A DNA stretch of 64,000 bases, taken from NCBI GenBank assembly GCA_037441285.1, contig JBBISL010000001.1:88899-152898 (forward strand), in the 5' to 3' direction. Below the pieces are notes generated by a model. It was not told where the DNA came from, did not search any database, and saw only the letters and a list, made by a program, of their open reading frames with translations. This document shows, in pieces, positions 28,230 through 37,319 of the stretch (position 1 is its first letter; the number at the start of each line of letters is the position of its first letter). A program made the translations under genes and the position numbers. The DNA is from a candidate division WOR-3 bacterium. GTDB taxonomy: Bacteria; Hydrothermota; Tepidihabitantia; Tepidihabitantales; Tepidihabitantaceae.

Positions 28230-29833
28230 ATTTGAAAAATGGCGCTTAAATCTTTCCGGGAAACAACCGTATCTTTTTCAAACCTTTCATCTGGTAACGG
28301 ATGGTCCTGGTTGTAATGCAAGCCGCGGGATTCAAGGCGCCGTCGGGCACAGGTGACGATAAGATAGGATACAGTAAGCATATTTTTCAGTTCAAAGATA
28401 TCGATGGTTTGGGTGCCTCCCTTGATTAATTCGGCAGCTCTGTTAATCATTTTAGTCAATTCTGCTTCTGCTTCAGCAAGGCCGGCATCGGTCCGGACGA
28501 TACCGGCATTACGCCACATCGTGTCCCGTAACTTGTTAACAATTGTTTCACTCTCCGGGCTTTTTCTGTTTTCGACCCTAAAAAAATCTGGAAGCAAAAA
28601 TGCGTCCTCTTTTTTAAACTTGATAACTTCTTTTGCCCGAACTGCTGCTCTTTCGGCAAATACTAATGCTTCCAGAAGCGAGTTGGAAGCCAGCCGATTG
28701 GCGCCGTGCAAACCGCTGCAGGCGCATTCACCAGCGGCAAACAGATTTTTAATAGAAGTTTCGGCCCAGGAGTTTATCTGGACACCACCGCAAACATAAT
28801 GAGCTGCGGGCACAACCGGAATCGGCTCCCGGGTAATATCGATACCGAGTCTCAAACAGGTCTGGTAAATCGTCGGGAAACGGGTTATTAACTTTTCTGC
28901 TGAAATTGAAGTACAATCAAGTAAAACAAAGTCGTCACCCCGCCGCGACAGTTCCGCCGCAATTGCTCGAGCAACAACATCGCGGGGCGCCAGCGAACCA
29001 TCCGGATGGTACGCCGGCATAAACTCTTTTCCATCTTTGGTGCGCAAAACCGCGCCTTCCCCGCGAACCGCTTCGGAAATCAGAAAAACCCGGTCATCAA
29101 TTCGAGAACCAAAAAGGGTTGTGGGGTGAAACTGAATAAACTCCATATTTGCTATCTTCGCCCCGGCACGAAACGCCATTGCAATCCCATCCCCCGTCGC
29201 AATCGCGGGATTTGTTGTGTGACGATAAACCTGACCAATACCACCGGTTGCAAGCAAACAAACTTTTGCAAGAACGGTTTTTACAACTCCGGTCGATTTG
29301 TCGAGGATAAACGCCCCGTGACAGGAACCGGTATCGTCAACAATAAGGTCAATGGTAAAATGTTCCTCCCAGATTGTTACATCGGGATGGGAGCGCACTG
29401 CTTGCAGTAATCCCCGCTCAATCTCAGCACCAGTGGCATCGCGGGCATGAACAATTCGCCGGCGGCGGTGTCCGCCTTCTTGGCCCAACTCAAACTTCGG
29501 CTCACCCTGGGTTTGCTCCAATGTTGAAAATTTTATTCCCAATGCCCACAACTCCCGGACCAAACGCGGACCGGCTTCGGTAACCATATGAACAATTTCC
29601 GGGTGTGCTAACCCGGCTCCTACCCGCATCGTATCCTCGTAATGGAGCCGCGGATTGTCATCTTGCGCAACTGCCGCAGCAATGCCCCCTTGCGCGTAAT
29701 TGGTGTTAGATTCGGCGCTATCCTTTTTCGTAACTATCAAAACTTTGCCTTTATCACCAACCTTCCAGGCAAACCATAAACCGGCAATACCCGAACCGAT
29801 TACTAAGTAATCAACCCGCGTTATCTCTGCCAT
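28226..29833 (-). CDS. nadB: L-aspartate oxidase
   Basis: GSGIAGL, SNTNYAQGGIA, EGGH, QFHPT, SEAVRGEG, GLHGANRLASNSLLE, ESRGLH. Confidence 0.96.
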   Translation of the reverse strand: MAEITRVDYLVIGSGIAGLWFAWKVGDKGKVLIVTKKDSAESNTNYAQGGIAAAVAQDDNPRLHYEDTMRVGAGLAHPEIVHMVTEAGPRLVRELWALGIKFSTLEQTQGEPKFELGQEGGHRRRRIVHARDATGAEIERGLLQAVRSHPDVTIWEEHFTIDLIVDDTGSCHGAFILDKSTGVVKTVLAKVCLLATGGIGQVYRHTTNPAIATGDGIAMAFRAGAKIANMEFIQFHPTTLFGSRIDDRVFLISEAVRGEGAVLRTKDGKEFMPAYHPDGSLAPRDVVARAIAAELSRRGDDFVLLDCTSISAEKLITRFPTIYQTCLRLGIDITREPIPVVPAAHYVCGGVQINSWAETSIKNLFAAGECACSGLHGANRLASNSLLEALVFAERAAVRAKEVIKFKKEDAFLLPDFFRVENRKSPESETIVNKLRDTMWRNAGIVRTDAGLAEAEAELTKMINRAAELIKGGTQTIDIFELKNMLTVSYLIVTCARRRLESRGLHYNQDHPLPDERFEKDTVVSRKDLSAIFQI

Positions 29834-29837
29834 CAAA

Positions 29838-30500
29838 CTAAAAGCGCCAGCCGACCGCAATCCCTAACTGGCCAGTTGCGGGCTTAATTTCAACCCTTTT
29901 GCTCAAAGGCGGCTCGGGCAGGAAAAACAGACAGTCAAATGCGCTGACCAAACGATTCAGCACCAGACCAGCAGCTAAGAAACTAACCGTCATTCCCGCA
30001 TTGCGCGCCGCCCGCCGTGTCTGCCAGAAGGAATAAATTCGGATTGAATCTGAACTCCAGTTCCACTCCTGGTTGCCAAAATAGCCCCGGCTTTCATAAT
30101 AACGGCGCTGGGCATCAGGGTCGTCAGGATAAAGTTCCCTTGCCACGCGCCGGATATCCTCGTTGTACTCTGCACTGCTTTTGTAGCGTTCAAGCGCCCG
30201 GTAGTAGTTAGGGTCTTTGATAGCAATATCCGCGCCGGCGAATCTTCGGGCAATCAGTCGCGCATCCGCTTCTTTACTTGTTTTGTACCAGGAAAAACCC
30301 GCCCAACCGAGCCACATAACACCATCTGCCCAGAGCATCGCTTCTCCTCGCGTACGTACCCCGGAAATTAGTTGTCCGGTTCCCGGCAAAATCGCCGAGG
30401 CAAGCGCCGCTTTACCTAATGACGGGTCTGCTTTCTTATTTTGCGGGGTTGGCGCGGACGGTGTTAAACCGACGATGATAAATGCAATAATTAAACTCAT
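29838..30500 (-). CDS. hypothetical exported/outer membrane protein (DUF5683-like)
   Basis: Signal peptide, ASAILPGTGQL, C-terminal W-x-F. Confidence 0.55.
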   Translation of the reverse strand: MSLIIAFIIVGLTPSAPTPQNKKADPSLGKAALASAILPGTGQLISGVRTRGEAMLWADGVMWLGWAGFSWYKTSKEADARLIARRFAGADIAIKDPNYYRALERYKSSAEYNEDIRRVARELYPDDPDAQRRYYESRGYFGNQEWNWSSDSIRIYSFWQTRRAARNAGMTVSFLAAGLVLNRLVSAFDCLFFLPEPPLSKRVEIKPATGQLGIAVGWRF

Positions 30501-30512
30501 TACTCCTCCTGA

Positions 30513-33242
30513 CTATTGAACAATTAACTTTCTAACCTCTACTTCTTTTCCCTCTCTTATCCTCAAAAAATACACTCCGGGTTTAAATGAACCAAAGTCA
30601 AATGATGCTTTATCCGCAAGCACTCGTTTGCCTTCATATTGGCGGCCCGCAGTGTCATAAATTTGGACTATCCCACCTGCCGGAACCTCAATCATGAACC
30701 GTTTCTGATTGGTGACGACAGTGGGAAAAACGACTCTTGGAGTGCCTGATGTCGGCGGGCTTGGGTGTATTTCTTCCACCCCGATTAAATTCCAATCGGT
30801 CAACTTGGCATAGATATCCCAACCCAGATGGCGCCGATTGTCTGTCCAGGTCCAGGCGATACGGGAACTACTGGCTGCGACACTCTGTCCCACTGTCCAA
30901 TGGGTATTTTTCGGGAAATAGTTAGGTTCATTTATCCTGGCATTAGTGCCAATTCGGGTTCTATCAGCACGAAACCGTTGACAGTAAATCTGGGGATTAC
31001 CAGCAATCTCCCGTTCGTCATTAAATAAAACAACTAACCTACCTGATGGGTCAAAAGCACAACTGGGTGAATAACAGTCGCTACCGCCGGAGTTGTCATT
31101 AACCCGCTCGTTGTCGCCAAGTCTATTGCCCAGCGAGTCCAGCCACTGAAGATAAACATCGTAATTGCCATTTCTCGTGTCTTCCCAGGTGATGGCGATA
31201 GTGCGGTCTTCGGCAATCGCACACGATGGGTATCCCTGATAAACTGTACCGGCGTCGGTATTAACTCTGATATTTCTACCAATTCGTGAACCGTCGTTTC
31301 GGAACAATTGGCAGTAAATGTTGTAATCTCCGTCACGGTTATCCATCCAGGACACAACCCAGTAGCCGTTGGAATTCATCACCACGCTCGCATAGGCACC
31401 TTCCGCTGCCGTGTCTGCAACCGGAAATTCTTCTCCTACTGGATTGCCTGCCTCATCATAGCGACGGGCATAAATCCGGTACTGTCTTTCCCGATAGTCC
31501 ATCCAGACAACCACGGCACGATTAAACGAATCCATTGCACAATATGGATACCACTGGAAATTGTTGCCGGCATCGGAGTTAACACGAAAATTACCACCCA
31601 GTTTTTGGCCAGAAAAGTCCAGAAACTGCGCGTAAATGTCGCCGTCAGCACGATTGTCAAACCAGGCAACGATAAACTTATGATTTCCACCGGCAACACT
31701 TGGATAATACTGGGCGGCGCCACCGGCATCCTCATTCAACCGAAGATTTGAAGCAAGTTCGTTTCCTGAAGAATCAAGCCCCGTCGGATAGATATCACAG
31801 GAAAGTCCCCTTTCATCCTCCCAGGCAATGACAATGTTTCCTTTTCGTTCCATTCCGATTGAAGAACACCGTTGATGGGCACTGGCATAATCGTCATTGA
31901 CCCGGAAGTTGGTACCACGCGGCAAACCATTGCGGTCCAGACGCTGACCATAGATGTCAAAATTACCGTTGCGGGAGTCACTCCAAAAAATCCAGTAGCC
32001 GCCATCCGGAGTGGCAACAACCGCGGGCGAATTTTGGGCTGTAGAACCGATGTCGTCGTTAACCTTAAACTCAACACCTATTCGGTTACCGCTGGAGTCA
32101 AATCTCTGACAATAGATATCTTCGTTGCCGTTTCTTGTGTCGGTCCAGACAACGATAAACTCTCCAAAGTTATTTATCGCACAGGCGCCGCTGTACTGGT
32201 CGGTGCTACCGGCATCAGCATTCACCCGAAAATTAGAACCAAGCGGTGCTCCATCAGAACTGTATATTTGAGCATAGACATCCCAATTCGCTCTTCGCCG
32301 GTCGTCCCAGGTGACAACAAACCAACCAGTTGACGTACAGGCAATTTTGGGTGTCCATTGTGTGCTGTCATCCGGGGTCACCAGCACATTGTTACCCAGC
32401 CGATTGCCGGTTCGGTCAAACCGTTGAAAAAATATGTCCCAGTTGCCTCTTCGTCCGTCCATCCATACAACAACAAATCTATTGGAGTCGTCGCCACTGA
32501 CATCGGGTTCGTATTGATTGCCATAACCGATTGGGTCATCATTGACCCGAAAATTACCGCCCAGGGGTGAACCATCAGGGTTGTAAAACTGGGCAAATAT
32601 ATCTCCGGTTAAACCATAGCGACGGTCATCCCAGGTAATTAATGTTGTCCCGTCAGGCGCTGTATAAATAGCCGAGATACTCTGGTCACCGGACACACCA
32701 GAATCACTTACCCGAAAGTTATCACCAAGGCGGTTGCCTACCGAGTCAAATCGTTGCGCAAATACATCGGAATTTCCAATCTCCCTTCGGTCCTCCCAGG
32801 AAAATGTCCAGCCGTTTTCTGGTCCCATTGCTGCTGCCGGGTCACCCTGCCAGCCCAAAGTGACATCCGTGTTTATTCGTTCGTTAACACCAATTCGTTC
32901 CCCTGCGGCGTCAAACCGCTGGAACCAGACATCAGCATCCCCATCCCGAAAATCACACCAGACAACGATAAAGTTTCCATTGGCGCCAATCGCCACCTCA
33001 GGGCTGATGTGTTTACATCCGCCAATGGTATCGTCATTACACACAAAATCGGTTCTGATAACGCTGTCGACGCCATCTCTCCTCGAATAAGTCGCTCGTC
33101 CGCTGCGGTTGGGCAAAGAACCAATAGGTAACGGCCGGGGATTCTCGGGGCTGCGTTCAATTAACATTCGTTCGGGGGTTAAGAAGTTCTGGGTTGTTTC
33201 GGGCAAAAGCAACCAACCGAGCAAAAGAGCGCAAAATATCAT
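30513..33242 (-). CDS. secreted tandem-repeat (probable beta-propeller) protein with T9SS-like C-terminal domain
   Basis: About 14 repeats of ~54 aa (W.D.R.GN.DIY.Q..D..G...G.NFRVNDD); CTD IYDTAGR...GVYFLR...KLIVQ. Confidence 0.8.
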   Translation of the reverse strand: MIFCALLLGWLLLPETTQNFLTPERMLIERSPENPRPLPIGSLPNRSGRATYSRRDGVDSVIRTDFVCNDDTIGGCKHISPEVAIGANGNFIVVWCDFRDGDADVWFQRFDAAGERIGVNERINTDVTLGWQGDPAAAMGPENGWTFSWEDRREIGNSDVFAQRFDSVGNRLGDNFRVSDSGVSGDQSISAIYTAPDGTTLITWDDRRYGLTGDIFAQFYNPDGSPLGGNFRVNDDPIGYGNQYEPDVSGDDSNRFVVVWMDGRRGNWDIFFQRFDRTGNRLGNNVLVTPDDSTQWTPKIACTSTGWFVVTWDDRRRANWDVYAQIYSSDGAPLGSNFRVNADAGSTDQYSGACAINNFGEFIVVWTDTRNGNEDIYCQRFDSSGNRIGVEFKVNDDIGSTAQNSPAVVATPDGGYWIFWSDSRNGNFDIYGQRLDRNGLPRGTNFRVNDDYASAHQRCSSIGMERKGNIVIAWEDERGLSCDIYPTGLDSSGNELASNLRLNEDAGGAAQYYPSVAGGNHKFIVAWFDNRADGDIYAQFLDFSGQKLGGNFRVNSDAGNNFQWYPYCAMDSFNRAVVVWMDYRERQYRIYARRYDEAGNPVGEEFPVADTAAEGAYASVVMNSNGYWVVSWMDNRDGDYNIYCQLFRNDGSRIGRNIRVNTDAGTVYQGYPSCAIAEDRTIAITWEDTRNGNYDVYLQWLDSLGNRLGDNERVNDNSGGSDCYSPSCAFDPSGRLVVLFNDEREIAGNPQIYCQRFRADRTRIGTNARINEPNYFPKNTHWTVGQSVAASSSRIAWTWTDNRRHLGWDIYAKLTDWNLIGVEEIHPSPPTSGTPRVVFPTVVTNQKRFMIEVPAGGIVQIYDTAGRQYEGKRVLADKASFDFGSFKPGVYFLRIREGKEVEVRKLIVQ

Positions 33243-36200
33243 CGAACAATCGCCAGTTTGGCAAAACGAATGATATCGCTCTGCCCGTTTTCAATCCGCA
33301 ACCGTACCACATAGAGTCCGGGTGGTATATTCTTTAAATCAACAGCAGCTTCGTTGTCGAGCAAAGGAACCGCTTGGCCTGCAAACTCATCAATTACCGG
33401 TTTTCCGCTCATATCCAGCACCATCAACCAAACTTTGCCCGAATTAGAACCCAGACGATATCGAATCGTCACATTTTCACCGGCGGGATTAGGATAAACA
33501 TAAAAAGATTGCACAAGATTTTCTGGCTGCTGGGGAAAATCGGGCAAATAGGAAAGGGGAACAAAGCCTGTGTGGCAGGAGTTATAATTGGCACAGGACC
33601 AGACCGCCTCAGGAGACGAGCCCGGAATTTTATACGCATAGAACACCCCGTTGTCCGAGCCGGCAACGATTTCTATCACACCATCATTGTCAATATCGGC
33701 AACCAGCGGAATGGCACTAACCGGAGCGGTAGTTTGCAAAGGGAAAAATGGTAACATTTTACCTGTTTTGCCATCATACCCGAGAAGACCGTACTGAGGT
33801 GAGCCAATAATCAAATCTAAGACATCGTCGTTATTCAAATCGGCAATAACCGGCGATGAGGTATAATTAAAAGGTACATCATAAGTTATAATCCAGTTCC
33901 CTGCCAGTTCCTGAGTAGTATAGGTCGACTCATGAACAAATGGGTAGTTGGTGACCAGAGTTCCGTTTGGGTTGAAGGCGTAAATTTTGTGTCGGGAAGC
34001 AGCAACAATATCAAGATAGCCATCACCGTTCAAATCAGCGACCGCCGGTTGTCCAGCAAATGGATACTCAATCATTTTTTCCGAGCAGTATGCAATCCTG
34101 CCGTCATGTTCCACACTGTAAAGTTAATAAACGTCCTCTCACACCGCGATAACCGCAATTTCCATAACACTATCCCGGTCAAAATCGGCAACAATCGGTT
34201 GACTCACCGCATAGAATGACGAAACTCCCAAAACTACCGGGAAGTTGGGAACAACCGAACCATCCGGGTTGATTAAAAAAAGACGGTGGTCTCCAGTGAG
34301 AAGCACAATTTTCGGTTGAATCGTATCGGTAACCGCAACCGGTGCCCTGATTTCTGAACCGACATTCAGGGGAAATCCGGGTAACGCCACACCCTGATAA
34401 TTCCAGGCATAAAGTTTCCCATCGGTTGAACCCACAATAACATCCCTTAACCCATCGCCATCAATATCAACAAGTACCGGTGCGGCGGTAATTCGGTCTA
34501 ATGTCCGCATTGTCGCAATGGACTGGCCGATAGCCCCATAAATCCGGACTCTACCATCTTCGCCAGCCACGACCACTTCAAACCCGGGACTGGGCGCAAC
34601 ATCACCAACCGCGACATCGGCACTGATACCTGTCCCGATGTTAACAAAACTACCATTGGGAAACCGATACCCTCTGCCATCAGGTTCCCAGATGCTAATC
34701 TGACCCGCGCTATCTGCGGTAATAATCTCCTGGATACCATTCCCATCGATATCAGCCGTAAATGAAGAAAGGAACCGTGAGCCCCGATTCTGGTTAACGG
34801 CAAAACCTGATTGATAAAGCTCCCAGTTAATCCGCAAAGGAATCACGGTGTCTTTCAGTCGGTTGACTGTGTCTCTTTCCCCAAAAAGTTCTACCGCAAT
34901 AAATGTTTTTCCAGTATAACCATCGCTATTCGGATTGGTCTGGGCGTTAAAACGGTCATTATAACCCTGCTTAGAAAAAGCATCGAATTTATATCCGTAG
35001 ACTTCGTACTGGTAATTGTAAGTCTGCCAGTAGGGCACATCAAAATCCTGAACCCCATCCCCCTCTTCAAGGTCAACCCCTTTGTGTTCCGGAAAAATAT
35101 TGACCGCATTGTAGGGACCGTAGTCAGCGAGAACCTTTTCGTCAATGTGCCAGATTAAAATCCCAGAACCGGGCTGGAAAAAGTCGTATTCGTTCGACTC
35201 AACAGAAATTACCACTCCATCTTCAGCATCAACGATGATGGTGTCGGGCTTTCGGACATCGGTTTGCCGATTTTCAATCAAGAAGTACTCATGCTCATTA
35301 ATGGGTACTTTAACAACCCGGGGGAATAGACTTTCGGGCTGGGAGTGGAACAGTTCGGTATCCACTGCTGCGGCAAAGACCAAAAGCGATTCCACAGGGG
35401 TCTGAACTACTGTTGGTTTAACAAGTCCGAGTTTGACCCGATTATAAGCATCAAGAAATCCGGGTATTATCCCGGGTGGGGCACCAGCACCATAATCTCC
35501 TAACCAGCCACCGTAGCCCATTAAACTCCATGCCCCAACCCCCATTGTTACTCCGGTAACATCGTAAAGGTCATACGCGCCCAGAAGGTGGGCAAACTCG
35601 TGTGCGAGGGTTCCCGCTAAACCTACCATACCGGCAAGGTTGGTCTCCCCTGTTTCGGTCAGGGTATCCTGACGCATCATTTCGGGTAGCACTGTTGCCT
35701 GTTCAATGCGGGTTCTTCCGGAATCAACTAAAATGTACGGAACGCCGAGATACGCTTCTATCGCGCCCGGTGGAATTTCTCCGGCAAGCAAATCATAAGG
35801 ACTGTCCCATTTCTCATCTGCCGCTAAATCAGACTGCAACCCGCTACCAGCATGGAAAATAATGAACTCATCGTAATCGCTGAAGTTTATCGAAGGGTCC
35901 TCATCGGCGAGCTTGAACGCATCGTGCATCAACCGCACCAGCCCGAACTCAATTCCCTCGTAGGAGATTGTATCGCCATAAAACATCATCTCCCTTGGTA
36001 ATTGATAGGCAGCCTTTTCTTCATCAGGTACAACCCGAAAGTCAATATAAAGTCGGCCCTGAGACTGGGCAAGGTAGTAGTTTCGCAAACCTTCCATTAA
36101 CCTCTCAAAATACCGTTTGAAATGGGGTGGGTCGTAAAAGAGTCCGGAGTCAGGGGAAAGAAATCCTAAAGTGTCAAACTTGCCATTACCCGTAGTTAAA

Positions 36201-36499
36201 GGTGTGGTATCTTCAACAAACTCCACCCGTATACATAGAACCCGCACCGTATCAACCCCGCCCTGCTGAAGCCTTTCAATCCGAGCCAAATCCCTGCTGG
36301 TTGGCTGGAAGCGAAACCGCTGGAATGGCGATGTTCTGTTCTGCATCACCGTTTGAGAAAGTATCAGCCTTTTGCTGAACTCAATTTGAAGGTCTCTACC
36401 CGCTGCCGGTTGCCTGATTAAGGTCAGTTTTTCTGCGGCGCCAAATTCAAGGGATATGAAAATCAAGGTTAAAATTGTCGGAATTGATACTCGCTTCAA
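33239..36499 (-). pseudogene. M6 (immune inhibitor A-like) metalloprotease with FG-GAP repeats and T9SS-like CTD; two in-frame stops at 34141-34139 and 34126-34124
   Basis: HEFAHLLGAYDLYD, WSLMGYG, EYFLIENRQ, ADIDGNG repeats, YPNP...GLYVVR; both ORF halves share one frame; start TTG 36499 after GAGG. Confidence 0.82.
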
Positions 36500-36525
36500 T
36501 TTTCCTCGCTTTACAAATTTAAAAG

Positions 36526-36613
36526 CGGAGAGAGAGGGATTCGAACCCCCGATACCCGTAAAGGGTATACGTGATTTCGAGTCACGCGCCTTCGTCCACT
36601 CGGCCATCTCTCC
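36526..36613 (-). tRNA. tRNA-Ser(CGA), long variable arm, CCA not encoded
   Basis: GGAGAGA acceptor; CGTGA-CTCGAAA-TCACG anticodon arm; TACCC-TTTAC-GGGTA variable arm; GGTTCGAATCC. Confidence 0.97.
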
Positions 36614-36623
36614 ACAAAACCTG

Positions 36624-37103
36624 TTATCCTAACGCCCGCTTTGATTCGCGCCTTTTCTTAAAAAAGGTTTTTAGAAGTTGTGCCGTCTCGTTTGCCAGGA
36701 CACCTTCGGTAACATCAAGGCGATGGTTAAACTTATCGTCCCGGGCGATATCGTATTGCGAACCGAGACAACCAAACTTCTCATCCCGGGCTCCAAATAC
36801 AACCCGTTTAGGTCGTGCCAGAATCAACGCACCGGTGCACATCAAGCATGGCTCAAGAGTTATGTAAACCGTTGCCCCGGTTAATCGCCAGTTACCAAGA
36901 GTGGTGGCGGCTGAAGTCAACGCCAGAATTTCGGCATGAGCGGTCGGGTCTTTAAGACTTTCCACGCGATTATGGCCCCGCCCAATAATAACCCCTTCTT
37001 TAACCACCACACACCCCACTGGTACTTCACCCTCCTTAAGCCCCAGTTGTGCTTCGGCAAGGGCGAGTCGCATCCACCTTTCGTCTTCTTCTAAATTCCG
37101 CAT
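36624..37103 (-). CDS. tadA: tRNA adenosine(34) deaminase
   Basis: EVPVGCVV, DPTAHAEI, TLEPCLMC, FNH, FFKKRR. Confidence 0.95.
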   Translation of the reverse strand: MRNLEEDERWMRLALAEAQLGLKEGEVPVGCVVVKEGVIIGRGHNRVESLKDPTAHAEILALTSAATTLGNWRLTGATVYITLEPCLMCTGALILARPKRVVFGARDEKFGCLGSQYDIARDDKFNHRLDVTEGVLANETAQLLKTFFKKRRESKRALG

Positions 37104-37112
37104 CTTATATCA

Positions 37113-37186
37113 TGCGCCCGGCGCGATTCGAACGCGCAACCTACGGATTCGTAGTCCGGCACTCTATCCAGTTGAGCTACGGGCGC
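37113..37186 (-). tRNA. tRNA-Arg(ACG), CCA not encoded
   Basis: GCGCCCG acceptor; CGGA-CTACGAA-TCCG anticodon arm; GTTCGAATC; promoter TTGACT-16-TACAAT at 37226-37199. Confidence 0.96.
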
Positions 37187-37319
37187 ATTCTTAAACCTAT
37201 TGTAGATTTACAATACAGAAAGTCAAGCCCGAATAGTGAAAAGCTGCCTCGGCACTCTCTTACATTACTCCCAAAGATGCGATTGAAGCCGTTTGAATAA
37301 TCGTTAGCGTACCCCGCTG

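Noticed and set aside
30513..33242. CRISPR array or DNA tandem repeat
   Set aside because: The periodicity is at protein level with diverged codons; no identical direct repeats with spacers
21020..34160. Diversity-generating retroelement targets at the substitution-rich patches
   Set aside because: No reverse transcriptase and no template/variable repeat pair seen in the window; the patches are mid-gene in housekeeping-type domains
20188..36499. Genome-wide stop-codon reassignment or selenocysteine explaining the in-frame stops
   Set aside because: TAA, TAG and TGA all terminate well-conserved genes at the expected lengths; the TGA at 34141 is followed five codons later by TAA; the lesions are local
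36500..36607. N-terminal extension of the 822-aa ORF
   Set aside because: It overlaps tRNA-Ser; the signal peptide and SD fit TTG 36499
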